Shown here: piece by piece, positions 49,255 to 59,454 of the stretch
Layout of the letters: each line of letters opens with the position of its first letter
Numbering within the stretch: the first letter of the stretch is position 1
From: a virus
Taxonomy: Duplodnaviria; Caudoviricetes
IMG/VR virus record: IMGVR_UViG_3300022305_000326
Coordinates: 36,741 to 100,740 of that record
Reading direction: 5' to 3' (one strand)
Length of the DNA stretch: 64,000 nucleotides
Program-made: the position numbers and the translations under genes
The notes under the pieces: generated by a model
Seen by the model: only the letters and a program-made list of their open reading frames with translations
What the model was told of the DNA's origin: nothing
The model's database searches: none

Positions 49255-49910
49255 AACAGTATGAATTTGAGAGTGGTGTGACCATTCGCGGGACAGTTAA
49301 ACGCGAATGGTCACAGAATGAAATCAAGAATGAGCCGATGTTATTCAATTGTTCACTTGGGTCTGCCTATAAATTGAGTGGACCCATTACTAAAGACATT
49401 ATTGCGACGTTGCCGGATGATTGGCACGATACTCCCGTAGTCGTTGATTCACGAGTTCATATGCTTAAGAAGGGATATTACCCATGTATTCCCGGATTTC
49501 ATCATGATGATGTTCCACGCTCACGTTCAGACGGTCAGCCAAATTATCACCGTCCAGAATATCGTTCAAAGCATTTAATGGTTCTTGTTAATGGTGACAT
49601 TTGTCCGACAGAATTTGCATTAGGTGTCGCAGAATTTGATGAAGTTCCAGTTGGCCAGACAATTTATAAGGAATGGCATAAGACTGTAGTGAAGCATCTT
49701 GATGATGGAATTTTACAGAAATTTCATGCACCCGACCGTACATTGATCCAGTTCGATGATAGAACATGGCATCAAGGTACACAGGCTGTTGCAGATGGTT
49801 GGAGATTCTTCATCAGGTTTTCACAGAACACTGATAGGACGTTTAGCCCGACAAACGAGGTCCGTAGGCAGGTACAAGTTTATTTGGAAGCACCAATGGA
49901 AGGATGGTAG
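49251..49910 (+). CDS. Putative 2OG-Fe(II) dioxygenase
   Basis: IPGFHHD (HxD), WHQG distal His, WRFFIR. Confidence 0.65.
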   Translation: MKQYEFESGVTIRGTVKREWSQNEIKNEPMLFNCSLGSAYKLSGPITKDIIATLPDDWHDTPVVVDSRVHMLKKGYYPCIPGFHHDDVPRSRSDGQPNYHRPEYRSKHLMVLVNGDICPTEFALGVAEFDEVPVGQTIYKEWHKTVVKHLDDGILQKFHAPDRTLIQFDDRTWHQGTQAVADGWRFFIRFSQNTDRTFSPTNEVRRQVQVYLEAPMEGW

Positions 49911-49919
49911 GAGAATGTA

Positions 49920-50900
49920 ATGGGCGGAAACGCAATTAAAGATGCAAGACGTATCGATTATGCCGAGTTATGTATAATTGAGACTGAAATTAAGACGAAA
50001 TTATCTCAGTTCGATGTTGATATGGATTGGGAAATTCCAGCGGCTTATCGAAAGAAAGAGACGTTCGGTGATATCGATATCTTAATCACATATAAATCGG
50101 ATAACTGGAAAGATAACATCCTTAAAATTTTCCGTCCATCCCAGCATAGTTCTAACGGCAATTGTCTGTCTATTGATTATGACGGTGTTCAGGTTGATTT
50201 TATATACTATGAAACTTATAGTGAATTTCTGACCGCTTATAATTACTTTTCGTGGAATGATTTGGGTAATCTATTGGGTAGGGTTGCGCATAAAAATGGT
50301 ATGAAATTTGGCCATGACGGGTTGTGGTTGCGCGTAGAATATGAAGGAACGTATCTAGGTTACGTGAAAGTGACCGATAATATGAAATCTATCCTGAAAA
50401 TTCTAGGATATGATTATAAAAGATGGGCTATCGGGTTTGATACTCTAGAAGACATTTTTCAGTTCGTAGTGTCGTCCCAACATTTTGATCCTAGTAGCTA
50501 CGAGTACGAAGCCTTAGATCACCAGAACCGACTGAGGAACAGGAAGCGTAAGGTCTATCAAGCATTCTTAGAATGGTTGAAGGATAAGACTTTTCCGTCA
50601 CCGTCACCAATATATCTAGGTTTACACGATACTAATGTCTTCACTAAGAGGGATGCACTTATTGAAAACCATAAAATGCAAAAGTACCTAAAACAGTTCT
50701 TCAATGGAAATATTGTGACGGAGTTTACAGGACTTACCGGAAAGGAATTAGGTGAGTTTATGTCAGAATATAAGAATCAATATCAGAGTTTTGATGTTCA
50801 TGTATTGTCAGAAATAGAACGGCATGGTAGTATGGAAAAAACTATAATGGAGTTTTATAATGCCAAGAAAGACTTACGAGATCGAACAGAATGTCCTTGA
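49920..50900 (+). CDS. Pol-beta/PolX-like nucleotidyltransferase
   Basis: YR.KETFGDIDILI, QVDFI, DLGNL.GR.AH..G.KFGHDGL. Confidence 0.75.
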   Translation: MGGNAIKDARRIDYAELCIIETEIKTKLSQFDVDMDWEIPAAYRKKETFGDIDILITYKSDNWKDNILKIFRPSQHSSNGNCLSIDYDGVQVDFIYYETYSEFLTAYNYFSWNDLGNLLGRVAHKNGMKFGHDGLWLRVEYEGTYLGYVKVTDNMKSILKILGYDYKRWAIGFDTLEDIFQFVVSSQHFDPSSYEYEALDHQNRLRNRKRKVYQAFLEWLKDKTFPSPSPIYLGLHDTNVFTKRDALIENHKMQKYLKQFFNGNIVTEFTGLTGKELGEFMSEYKNQYQSFDVHVLSEIERHGSMEKTIMEFYNAKKDLRDRTECP

Positions 50901-51495
50901 TTTGTTACTGCAACATCCAACTAAGAATGTTATATTTCAAGATGAATCGGGAATGGTATATCATGTGCGCGATATTAAAGATGTTAAGCTGAATAGTAAT
51001 TACAAGTCTAAGACAGATTTGATTATAACTGACCATCGGAACGAAGATTTCAGAATTTCCGTAAAGAAGACGAATTCTCATCGATGGGAATCATCAGACA
51101 CATCGATGAAAGATTTATCCTTAAAATTTATAGAAAAATTGAATGAGTGGGATATTCTAAATTATGATGGTGCCAGACTTGCGGTAGAGTACGCGGTCAA
51201 GTTACCAGATCATTACGAGGATCGTTTAGTTTTTGGAGACGCAGATTGTGTGATAATAGTGAAAGATATTGAAGATTTTGCAACGGATATTCCGAGATCA
51301 ACTTCACGGTTTTTCGGGACATTTCTCCCAGTAGGAAAGAAATTACCAGAGGATCAAGAGCCATATCTCTTATTAAGAAACGATAGATTTAGACGAACGT
51401 TCAAGGATTATCCCGGTGTTAGATGTGAAGTCGTCAAAAAGGCCAGATTAACACCGAACACGTTAATCGTAAATTATTCTGATGTGATGCCTTGA
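50860..51495 (+). CDS. Putative PD-(D/E)xK nuclease
   Basis: E...KTDLII...RISVKK restriction-endonuclease-like motif. Confidence 0.55.
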   Translation: MPRKTYEIEQNVLDLLLQHPTKNVIFQDESGMVYHVRDIKDVKLNSNYKSKTDLIITDHRNEDFRISVKKTNSHRWESSDTSMKDLSLKFIEKLNEWDILNYDGARLAVEYAVKLPDHYEDRLVFGDADCVIIVKDIEDFATDIPRSTSRFFGTFLPVGKKLPEDQEPYLLLRNDRFRRTFKDYPGVRCEVVKKARLTPNTLIVNYSDVMP

Positions 51496-51520
51496 CATAT
51501 TGGAATAAATGTTGTATAAT
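51492..51520 (+). promoter_or_regulatory. Sigma70-type early promoter
   Basis: TTGACA-N17-TATAAT. Confidence 0.75.
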
Positions 51521-51559
51521 CACAGGGCAGTAAATTAAACTTTCAACTAGGAGTAGATT

Positions 51560-51763
51560 ATGAGCAATTCAGTAAACCTTCGCCCACAGGCCAAGACCGT
51601 CCTAAGCCATCTGAATCGTGGCAAGGAACTTTCACCAGCACAGGCACGTTCACGCTATGGCATCGCCTGCCTATCTCGTTCGATTAGTGAAATCCGCGCT
51701 GCGGGTGTCAACGTGAAGACACGAGAAAAGCGTGACGGCTCAGGCGTCATGTACTTCATCTAA
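51560..51763 (+). CDS. Small winged helix-turn-helix protein
   Basis: Q...VL.HL..G..LS...A...YGI..LS..ISEIR..G; has its own promoter and terminator. Confidence 0.75.
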   Translation: MSNSVNLRPQAKTVLSHLNRGKELSPAQARSRYGIACLSRSISEIRAAGVNVKTREKRDGSGVMYFI

Positions 51764-51771
51764 GGATGATA

Positions 51772-51804
51772 AGGGGAATGGTGAATCACCATTCCCCCTA
51801 TTTT
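51772..51804 (+). terminator. Intrinsic terminator-like hairpin
   Basis: GGGGAATGGTG/CACCATTCCCC followed by TATTTT. Confidence 0.65.
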
Positions 51805-52281
51805 ATGAATATTAATCATTACGCAACAAGATTTAAACAATTACAATTACTGGCAGATTCGTCTACGTGCATTCGTCGTGGTGTTGCTGCGATGGTCATA
51901 GATGAGGAAACGAATCATCCTCTGGTTGACGGCTATAACGGTACGATGCCCGGTGACAGTAATACATGCTCTAATATTCACGGTAAATGCGACCGTACTA
52001 TATTCAATGTACCATCAGGTACTAGATATGACATTGGGTGCTATCATGCCGAACGGTCATGTATCTATAGAGCAGCAGAATTTGGCATTGCCTTGAATGG
52101 TAAAACCATGCTAATAACAGAGGTTCCATGTCTAGACTGCGCAAAGGCAATTGCTAGAGTTGGGATCAAAAAGGTCATTCACCGAAATAGTGACTGGATT
52201 GATGCAGAAGGACCAAAGTATCTAATCTCCAAGAACATAGAAGTGTGTGATTTACAAACAATTATAGGAAATATAAAATGA
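51805..52281 (+). CDS. cd: dCMP deaminase
   Basis: STC.RR.V.A, GYNG, HAE, PC..C. Confidence 0.9.
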   Translation: MNINHYATRFKQLQLLADSSTCIRRGVAAMVIDEETNHPLVDGYNGTMPGDSNTCSNIHGKCDRTIFNVPSGTRYDIGCYHAERSCIYRAAEFGIALNGKTMLITEVPCLDCAKAIARVGIKKVIHRNSDWIDAEGPKYLISKNIEVCDLQTIIGNIK

Positions 52282-52808
52282 AAACAAGTGTGTTTATCGG
52301 CTTCGTTACAAAGGGTTGGTTAAATGTTGACTATCGTAAAACTGACGGTAGTGTTCGTAAACTCAAATTGACCGCAAGTCCATTTGTACATGGAACTAAT
52401 GGTATTGATTATATTGGGTGCGAACAGGATGAGTTGGTTTCAGTATATTCTGATGAGCATGGTGGAATTATCACAGTATATCCAGCGAATATCATCGCAT
52501 CCACGTTTGAGCCTCTTGATGTCAAGAACCTATCACTCTCAACTTCCACGGTGACACAGCAGGATGTTATTACGGCTATCAATAATGCGCCGTGGTTAGA
52601 ACCAGTAACCAAGCAGTATTGCGTATCTGATCTAGATTGCGACTGCACTACTTCCACATATTTTACAGTAGAAGAAGCAGTAAAGGCTTATGTAGACGTA
52701 TATTGCGGTGGTGTTGTTGATGACGAAGAAACTCTCAATGTTCTTCAGGTTGTCAAGAAGGTAAAAATTACACCTAACCGATCATATGGCATCGAGGATG
52801 TGACCTAA
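52278..52808 (+). CDS. Hypothetical protein with an N-terminal WYL/SH3-like motif
   Basis: V.YRK.DGSVR....T. Confidence 0.45.
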   Translation: MKTSVFIGFVTKGWLNVDYRKTDGSVRKLKLTASPFVHGTNGIDYIGCEQDELVSVYSDEHGGIITVYPANIIASTFEPLDVKNLSLSTSTVTQQDVITAINNAPWLEPVTKQYCVSDLDCDCTTSTYFTVEEAVKAYVDVYCGGVVDDEETLNVLQVVKKVKITPNRSYGIEDVT

Positions 52809-52809
52809 T

Positions 52810-53061
52810 ATGGCAAGACCTAAGTTAGAAGATCAGGTAATTGATCTTAATACCATCGACCAATTAAACAAGTCTATTGATCTTGGTATGAAACATAACT
52901 ATAGGTTTCAGAATGGTGAGCCAATTCAGTTAACATCTGAATTGGCATCATTCGTGAAACGTAAGTTGATGGAACATAAACCAGCTAAGCGTATTGAATA
53001 TATTAACCGTATGATGCATTCAGCTACGGCATTCCATTCAGCATTGACCGAATTGTTCTGA
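52810..53061 (+). CDS. Hypothetical protein
   Basis: ORF with a GAGG RBS. Confidence 0.5.
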   Translation: MARPKLEDQVIDLNTIDQLNKSIDLGMKHNYRFQNGEPIQLTSELASFVKRKLMEHKPAKRIEYINRMMHSATAFHSALTELF

Positions 53062-53068
53062 GGTAATC

Positions 53069-54040
53069 ATGATACATGTAATTGGTAAGGGTAGTATCTC
53101 AGCGAAGATTGTTGCCGATTCTATTAGTGCATATGGTAAGAGAATCACGACCTTTGAACTGGAATATCCTAGATTTATTCATTCTGAGTTTACGACTCAT
53201 CGAATGATTTCGAAAAATGCCGCATCTTCAAGAGCTATTCCTGTTAATAAGATGATTGAAAATATCATCGCTAATACAGCAATGCCGATTCATTGGGGTA
53301 AGAATCAGCCCGGAATGTCAGCAAAGGAAGAATGTGACCAGATGTTTAATTTGTCTTGGGGGCATAGTGATGAAACGATGTATCCTCTAAACACCAGAGA
53401 GGACATGTGGAGAGAATCACGTAGTTTTGCAATATATGTTGCAGAAGCTTTCAGTCGTGCCGGTTATCATAAACAGATAGTAAATCGTTTATTGGAGCCT
53501 TATCAATTCATGAAGGTTGTTGCCACAGCCACAGAATGGGACAACTTTTTCTGGCTCCGTGACCATGAAGATGCACAACCAGAAATTAGAGAATTGGCAA
53601 GAGTCATGTTGCTGGCGATGAATCAATCTAAGCCTGTAATCCTGTATGAAACAGAATGGCATATGCCATATTTTGAAAATGGATACTGGAAAGAGCATTT
53701 TTCAAATAATACTCTTGAAGAAGCATTGATGATTTCGTCATCATGTTGCGCCCAAACATCATATAGAAAGTCCGACGACAGTCTAGAAAAGGCTATCATT
53801 GTGTACAATAAACTGGTAGAATCTAAACCAGTACATGCAAGTCCTTTTGAACATCAGGCAAAACCTATGAAACACATTTCTAGTGCGAATGACGCAATGA
53901 ATATCGCAAAGTGGGAAGCAGGTGTTACGCATTTGGATTCATCGTTCAGATTATGGTCAGCCAATTTTTGTGAATGGGTCCAGCATAGAAAACTTATTAA
54001 CAATGATGATTGTAAAAATTATTCAGGTATATTAAAATGA
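53069..54040 (+). CDS. thyX: Flavin-dependent thymidylate synthase
   Basis: PRFIHSE..THR..SKNAASSRAIP, HKQ.VNRLLEP, LR....AQPEI, HASPFEH. Confidence 0.9.
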   Translation: MIHVIGKGSISAKIVADSISAYGKRITTFELEYPRFIHSEFTTHRMISKNAASSRAIPVNKMIENIIANTAMPIHWGKNQPGMSAKEECDQMFNLSWGHSDETMYPLNTREDMWRESRSFAIYVAEAFSRAGYHKQIVNRLLEPYQFMKVVATATEWDNFFWLRDHEDAQPEIRELARVMLLAMNQSKPVILYETEWHMPYFENGYWKEHFSNNTLEEALMISSSCCAQTSYRKSDDSLEKAIIVYNKLVESKPVHASPFEHQAKPMKHISSANDAMNIAKWEAGVTHLDSSFRLWSANFCEWVQHRKLINNDDCKNYSGILK

Positions 54041-54555
54041 CACATATTTTTTGGGATATGGATATGGTACTGTGCGATTTGCATGGTGTCTTCCATAAAG
54101 AAACTGGACACTTGATCAAAGAGGGTGATTTTCATCCCGATGACATTTTCTATCCATGGTTTGAGAAATTTGTCGAGGAAGGTAGAATGGCGACGTTACC
54201 AGAAATGCCAGATTTTTATGACATGGAAAGTCTGTGTATAGAATTCCATGGTAAGGGATATGTCAATAGAATCATGTCATCGTCCACGAACAGACCGTAT
54301 GCCGATAAAGTCATTGAACAGAAAAAATGGTGGCTGAAGCCTACGGCATTCGATAAAATCGAACAGATTTTTGTCAAGGGGGCCAAAATGAAAAGTCAGT
54401 GGTTGATCGATTCTGGTCTTAATCCATCAGAATGTATCCTGATTGACGATTTTCATGGTGCTGGACAGCCGTGGGCTGATGCTGGTGGTATTTGGATCAA
54501 GCATGTGTCATACAAAGACACTTATAATCAATTAAAGGAATTGGGACATGTATAA
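54037..54555 (+). CDS. 5'(3')-deoxyribonucleotidase (HAD)
   Basis: DMD.VL.D, K..WL, ILIDD, W..AGG. Confidence 0.8.
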   Translation: MTHIFWDMDMVLCDLHGVFHKETGHLIKEGDFHPDDIFYPWFEKFVEEGRMATLPEMPDFYDMESLCIEFHGKGYVNRIMSSSTNRPYADKVIEQKKWWLKPTAFDKIEQIFVKGAKMKSQWLIDSGLNPSECILIDDFHGAGQPWADAGGIWIKHVSYKDTYNQLKELGHV

Positions 54556-55021
54556 GCAGGTAGAAATTAAGATTTTAGATGGTAGAGCCAGCGTTCCTTC
54601 ATATGGTACGATTGGGTCTGCCGGATTAGACTTAAAGGCGATGTTAGACGCCGTTGATAGTCGTGATGGAAAGGTTCTATTACCGAATACAAGTCATATG
54701 ATTGGCACAGGTATTGCTGTTAATATGATGGATAAGGGCATGGCAGCAGTAATCCTACCGCGCTCAGGACTCGGTTCTAAGGGTCTTATTTTAGGTAATA
54801 GTGTTGGACTTATCGACTCTGATTATCAGGGCGAATTGAAGATTTGTATGTGGAACCGCACAAATGAAACTAAGTATATAAGTCAAGGTGATAGAATTGC
54901 GCAATTGGTTTTTGTCCCTATTATTCATGCCGATTTTAAGGTTGTTGAAGAATTCGGGGAAACGACCATCAGAGGTACAGGTGGTTTCGGATCAACCGGA
55001 ATTAGCGGACCACTACCATAA
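54548..55021 (+). CDS. dut: Trimeric dUTPase
   Basis: AGLDL, PRSGLG, GLIDSDYQG, GDRIAQ, RG.GGFGSTG. Confidence 0.97.
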   Translation: MYKQVEIKILDGRASVPSYGTIGSAGLDLKAMLDAVDSRDGKVLLPNTSHMIGTGIAVNMMDKGMAAVILPRSGLGSKGLILGNSVGLIDSDYQGELKICMWNRTNETKYISQGDRIAQLVFVPIIHADFKVVEEFGETTIRGTGGFGSTGISGPLP

Positions 55022-55036
55022 AACCGACGAACGGTA

Positions 55037-55065
55037 TTGACAGCCTGATCCATGAGTGATACAAT
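55037..55065 (+). promoter_or_regulatory. Sigma70-type early promoter with an inverted repeat around -10
   Basis: TTGACA-N17-TACAAT; arms at 55046-55058 and 55067-55079. Confidence 0.7.
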
Positions 55066-55093
55066 ACACTCATGGATCACTTAAGAGGGTAAG

Positions 55094-55396
55094 ATGAAAG
55101 CAATTATTGTTGCTAAGAATGACATTGGTCGTACAGATAAGATTTTCCCGCTGCTTTGCTTCGCTTCATATAAGCAGGCGGAAGTAAAGTACCTAACAGA
55201 GCATTGGAACCGGATTGTTTTTGATAGTGACGTATATGACACCGTGCTATGTTTTCACTCTATGAGTGAGGCACCACCATCAGATAAAATTAAGTTGATC
55301 CATTCTTTCGGTGGATTCGTGTATTTTCATTCCGAACAGATCGACACCACGACTACATTCGGTCGTATTCGCACTAACGCAAAGTGGATGCTATAA
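55094..55396 (+). CDS. Hypothetical protein
   Basis: GAGGG RBS after a promoter. Confidence 0.5.
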   Translation: MKAIIVAKNDIGRTDKIFPLLCFASYKQAEVKYLTEHWNRIVFDSDVYDTVLCFHSMSEAPPSDKIKLIHSFGGFVYFHSEQIDTTTTFGRIRTNAKWML

Positions 55397-55623
55397 TGAA
55401 GGATAAAGATAAGGATAGTTACGGTAAGAGTTCGCGTGAAAACTGCACTCGTCGTAAGTCTGTCACCAAGAAAGATGTCATGACTGACCCTATTATGAAA
55501 AAGGGTCATACCCATCTTAAGGAACATAAGGCAAGTCGCACTAATAATAAAACAATGCTTCGCGGTCTTGATATCGAGACTGCCGAAGATTTCGATGAAT
55601 TCTATCTCAGGGATATTGAATGA
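55396..55623 (+). CDS. Hypothetical basic protein
   Basis: TAATG coupling. Confidence 0.45.
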   Translation: MKDKDKDSYGKSSRENCTRRKSVTKKDVMTDPIMKKGHTHLKEHKASRTNNKTMLRGLDIETAEDFDEFYLRDIE

Positions 55624-56150
55624 TTATAGGTATTTCAGGTAAAGCTAGAAGTGGTAAAGATACTGTATGTGGAATGATACAGGATTATCTCCCAAATTCT
55701 CACAGGTATGCATTCGCCGATCCTATCAAAGATGCGTGCAGAGTGATATTTAGCTGGACAGATGAACATCTTTATGGTAATCTTAAGGAAGTCGAAGACC
55801 CATTCTTTAAGATTTCACCGCGTAAGGCACTACAGACGTTAGGTTCCGAATGGGGCCGTGACATGATCAACCGTGACCTGTGGTTATTGGTTGCTGAGAA
55901 GTTCTGTAACGAGCATGAACACGTAATTATTCCTGACATTAGATTCCAGAATGAATACGACTGGATTAAGAATAATAACGGTATCATTATTCATATCGAA
56001 CGTCCGGGTATTCTCATTGAATCATCGGCTCATCAATCGGAATCACTTGGTCTTACTAAGATGATCGATGACTATTACATAGTTAATAACAGATCACTTG
56101 ACTGGTTGAGGTCTGACGTTAAGCGAATTGTTGAGGATTTACCTCTATGA
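55620..56150 (+). CDS. Deoxynucleoside monophosphate kinase
   Basis: GISGKARSGKDT, FADPIK, PR..LQ.LG.E.GR, DIRF.NE, H.SE. Confidence 0.9.
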   Translation: MIIGISGKARSGKDTVCGMIQDYLPNSHRYAFADPIKDACRVIFSWTDEHLYGNLKEVEDPFFKISPRKALQTLGSEWGRDMINRDLWLLVAEKFCNEHEHVIIPDIRFQNEYDWIKNNNGIIIHIERPGILIESSAHQSESLGLTKMIDDYYIVNNRSLDWLRSDVKRIVEDLPL

Positions 56151-56404
56151 ATTCCGTGATTAGATATGTTCTATATCAACCGGAACATGATGCATTTCTT
56201 TCAAAAACTGCAAGGAAGGGTTTGAAATATGCAGAGGTAATGATGGACTTGAAACAGGCAAGTCTTGTTGCAAATTCTTATGGCTGTAAGATAAGAGCAG
56301 TTCGTATGGAGCTTGTCGATGGTGATATTGAACCACTTGACAATCCACAGGACAATGTGTACGATATAGAAGTTACCAATACAGAGGTGGCGACTACAAT
56401 TTAA
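56147..56404 (+). CDS. Hypothetical protein
   Basis: ATGA coupling. Confidence 0.45.
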   Translation: MNSVIRYVLYQPEHDAFLSKTARKGLKYAEVMMDLKQASLVANSYGCKIRAVRMELVDGDIEPLDNPQDNVYDIEVTNTEVATTI

Positions 56405-56420
56405 TTTATGAGGATGTCTA

Positions 56421-58619
56421 GTGAAACTTAATTATGCGGCTGACAACGTGCAGATTTTTGGTGGTGAAGATGACACTACCAATTATACGATTCAGGGAAG
56501 TGCTAAGATGTTCCAGATTCTATCGTCCGGTGTTTATTCGGACAAGATTCTGGCAGTAGTTCGTGAAATTTCATGTAATGCATACGATAGCCATATTCAG
56601 GCGAATAACGTAAAGACACCAATTGATGTGCATATGCCGACATCTTGGGAAAACTGGTTCGCCGTCCGCGACTATGGCGTTGGTATGTCAGAAGAAACTA
56701 TTAAGAAGGTTTATACTTCTTATGGTAATTCAACCAAGACCGACAGTAACGAAATGACCGGCGCACTTGGTATCGGTTCGAAATCACCATTTGCTTACAC
56801 CAAGTCTTTCACTATCACTTCCATTTTCGATGGAATTAAGTCAGTCTATTCCGCTTATATCGGTGATGATTATAAGCCTAAACTGTTAAAGATGACTTCG
56901 GTTGAAACTACCGAAAATAATGGCGTCGAAATTAAGGTACCTGTTGAAGCAACGGATCGTTATAAGTTCGTCGAGGCTGGTTCTAAGGTGTATCGTTGGT
57001 TCGATACGAAACCGAAGCTGAACGTGACCATCGATATTCATGATCCACTCGCAGGATTACGTGTACTATCCGATAAGGATGGTATGAAGATTACATATTC
57101 AGTGAATTCTTGTGCCCATTGGGCAAAGCAGGGTACTGTTGCATATCCAGTGAACGTTGCTAATTTTAGACATCTTTTGAGTGATAATGTTTTTAGTGCG
57201 ATGACCTATACGTCCACAGTTGTCGAGTTTGATATGGGCCAGTTGGACATTACAGCTTCACGAGAAGCATTGTCATATGATATTGTGACTCAGCAGAATC
57301 TTGCAGATAAGTATGAAAAGAGATATAATGAACTTATTGCAGAAATTCTGACGAATCTTGGTAATGAGCAGTATTACTTTGACTGTGTTCTGAATTATCA
57401 GACAAACCGAGAGTTCTACAATCGGATCGGAGTAACGAAAAATTACATCCATAAGAAGTCCGGTCGTGTCGCAACTGAACGAAACGTAAATCTTGGTGAT
57501 CTGGTAACTAAAATCGTAACTAAGGCAGCAGTTCCACCAACAGTTACAACTCCACTTATTCCTGAAGAATGGCACTATAATGCAGAAATGCAATATGGTT
57601 ATTACAGAAGCAATAAGTTTAAGGTCGCAGGTTACGGAAACAGTGGTTGGAATTATGTAATCGATAACGTTCCGACTAAAATCTTTATCGTGGATGGAAA
57701 TTTGAAGTTGTCTGAGAATCAGATTGCCGGAAGAATCCAGACCGCTATGGGCAGCGATTATATCAAGTTTTATGTGATGAGGGTTGCCATCGGACAGAAC
57801 GCAGCCAATTTTAAAACTGAAATTGATAAATTGATCGACGCAAGTTCTTCAGTTGTTATCGAAGTTGGATCATTGCCGAAATATGTCACTCAGAGAGCCG
57901 CATACACGAAGACCACATATGCTGCTAGTGTGTTCACCACGTACAATAACGAGTGGGCAAAGGAAACCGTTGTAGAGTCGGTTGTACCAAATACAAAGAC
58001 ATACTATATGGATATTTCTATGGCGGGTAGAGACAAGTTTAAGCACATGAATATTGAAAGGTTCGTGAGTGCGATGATCACTCTGCATAAGCACGCATAT
58101 CCAAATATTGATATTCGCGTTGTTGGTCTTAATAAAAATCAGGCAAAAAATTTGGGTGCTACATGGGAAAATCTGGAAGAACACGCTGTTAATATCGTTC
58201 AAGACTTCCGAAAAATTAAAGCCGCTAGCATTGCTATGAGAGAATATTATCACAAATATGATCAACTCTTCAATTCACATTTGTTGAACACCCACACTAC
58301 TCATCTGTGGAATTTTATTGTGAAATATGCTGTCAATGGTGATCTGTTGTGTGCGGACAAAATTGATAAGTTCGTGAATTTTTGTAATGCTAACGCAATT
58401 AGTAATGCAGATCACGACAAATATCTGGCGATTAAGGGTAGTAGTATTTGTCGTGATGTAGTATTCGACAATACCGACATTGACAATAATCATAAATTGA
58501 TCCATGATATGTATGTCGGTATTCCGAAGCTGCCAAAACTTGCCAGCATGATCAATAATGTTGTAGATAAAGATGCCGCCACGGAACTCGTACAGTTCCT
58601 TAACCTTTACATGAAATAA
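56421..58619 (+). CDS. rIIA: rIIA protein
   Basis: LS..VYSDK..AVVRE...NA.D, RDYG.G, STK..SN...G.LG.GSKSPFAYT GHKL-like domain. Confidence 0.92.
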   Translation: MKLNYAADNVQIFGGEDDTTNYTIQGSAKMFQILSSGVYSDKILAVVREISCNAYDSHIQANNVKTPIDVHMPTSWENWFAVRDYGVGMSEETIKKVYTSYGNSTKTDSNEMTGALGIGSKSPFAYTKSFTITSIFDGIKSVYSAYIGDDYKPKLLKMTSVETTENNGVEIKVPVEATDRYKFVEAGSKVYRWFDTKPKLNVTIDIHDPLAGLRVLSDKDGMKITYSVNSCAHWAKQGTVAYPVNVANFRHLLSDNVFSAMTYTSTVVEFDMGQLDITASREALSYDIVTQQNLADKYEKRYNELIAEILTNLGNEQYYFDCVLNYQTNREFYNRIGVTKNYIHKKSGRVATERNVNLGDLVTKIVTKAAVPPTVTTPLIPEEWHYNAEMQYGYYRSNKFKVAGYGNSGWNYVIDNVPTKIFIVDGNLKLSENQIAGRIQTAMGSDYIKFYVMRVAIGQNAANFKTEIDKLIDASSSVVIEVGSLPKYVTQRAAYTKTTYAASVFTTYNNEWAKETVVESVVPNTKTYYMDISMAGRDKFKHMNIERFVSAMITLHKHAYPNIDIRVVGLNKNQAKNLGATWENLEEHAVNIVQDFRKIKAASIAMREYYHKYDQLFNSHLLNTHTTHLWNFIVKYAVNGDLLCADKIDKFVNFCNANAISNADHDKYLAIKGSSICRDVVFDNTDIDNNHKLIHDMYVGIPKLPKLASMINNVVDKDAATELVQFLNLYMK

Positions 58620-58628
58620 GAGGTAAAT

Positions 58629-59417
58629 ATGATTAAGAGTAAAAAGAAGATTAACGCTATTTTGACGAGTAGCACCCTTGAAATCACGTTCACAAGTGAT
58701 GCTTCAACTGCATCGATTGCCAGATCAGTGACAAATTTCCCATCTTTCATTGAGGCATTGAATGACGATGATGAAAAGGCTCTACGACTATTAGTCGATG
58801 CAGCAAGCCGAATTCGCTCAGTGAACGGAAACATTCGTATCGACGGCGAAAACGTGTTCTATAAGGATCACCAGATTCACGGTACGTTCGTTGATCGTCT
58901 GCTTGAATATAGTGGCCTTAAGCTGGAAACGTCAGCTATTATCGGCTTCATCGAAAAGTTGATGCTGAATCCGTCATTCAAGGTCATCGAACACTTGTAT
59001 ACGTTCCTAGAGTATGGTAAGCTACCTCTTACTGAAACGGGCAACTTCCTAGCATACAAGGTGGTCCGTGGCGACTATCTTGACAAGCATAGCGGAACTA
59101 TGGATAATAGTGTCGGCAAGGTCGTTACCATGAACCGCAGTCAGGTAGATGATGAACGAGATAACACCTGTTCAAGTGGTCTGCATTTCTGTTCGTTTGA
59201 ATACATCAAACATTTCCTAGCATCATCAGGTGATCGTATTGTTCTGGTGGAAGTGAATCCTACGGATGTTGTTTCTATCCCACGAGATTACAATAACACT
59301 AAGGCACGCTGTTGCGGTTACACTGTTGTTGCTGATGTTACAGACCAGATGACATACGGTACAAAGCCTGCTAAAGTTATGACGCAGACCTTTGTTCGTG
59401 ACGGTTGGAGCAACTGA
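58629..59417 (+). CDS. rIIB: rIIB protein
   Basis: NPS, G.FLAYK.V, V.M.R..VDD....TCS.GLH, V.P.DVVSIP.DY...K.R.C.Y. Confidence 0.93.
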   Translation: MIKSKKKINAILTSSTLEITFTSDASTASIARSVTNFPSFIEALNDDDEKALRLLVDAASRIRSVNGNIRIDGENVFYKDHQIHGTFVDRLLEYSGLKLETSAIIGFIEKLMLNPSFKVIEHLYTFLEYGKLPLTETGNFLAYKVVRGDYLDKHSGTMDNSVGKVVTMNRSQVDDERDNTCSSGLHFCSFEYIKHFLASSGDRIVLVEVNPTDVVSIPRDYNNTKARCCGYTVVADVTDQMTYGTKPAKVMTQTFVRDGWSN

Positions 59418-59425
59418 GAAAGATG

Positions 59426-59454
59426 TTGACAGCCAGTATGCAATAGGGTATACT
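59426..59454 (+). promoter_or_regulatory. Sigma70-type promoter of the tRNA region, with an inverted repeat
   Basis: TTGACA-N17-TATACT; ACAGCCAGTAT/ATACTGGCTGT. Confidence 0.7.

Noticed and set aside
51805-56150. Modified-base DNA pathway
   Set aside because: dCMP deaminase, ThyX, dUTPase and dNMP kinase form an ordinary dTTP supply route; no hydroxymethylase, glycosyltransferase, PurZ or queuosine-type genes are in the window
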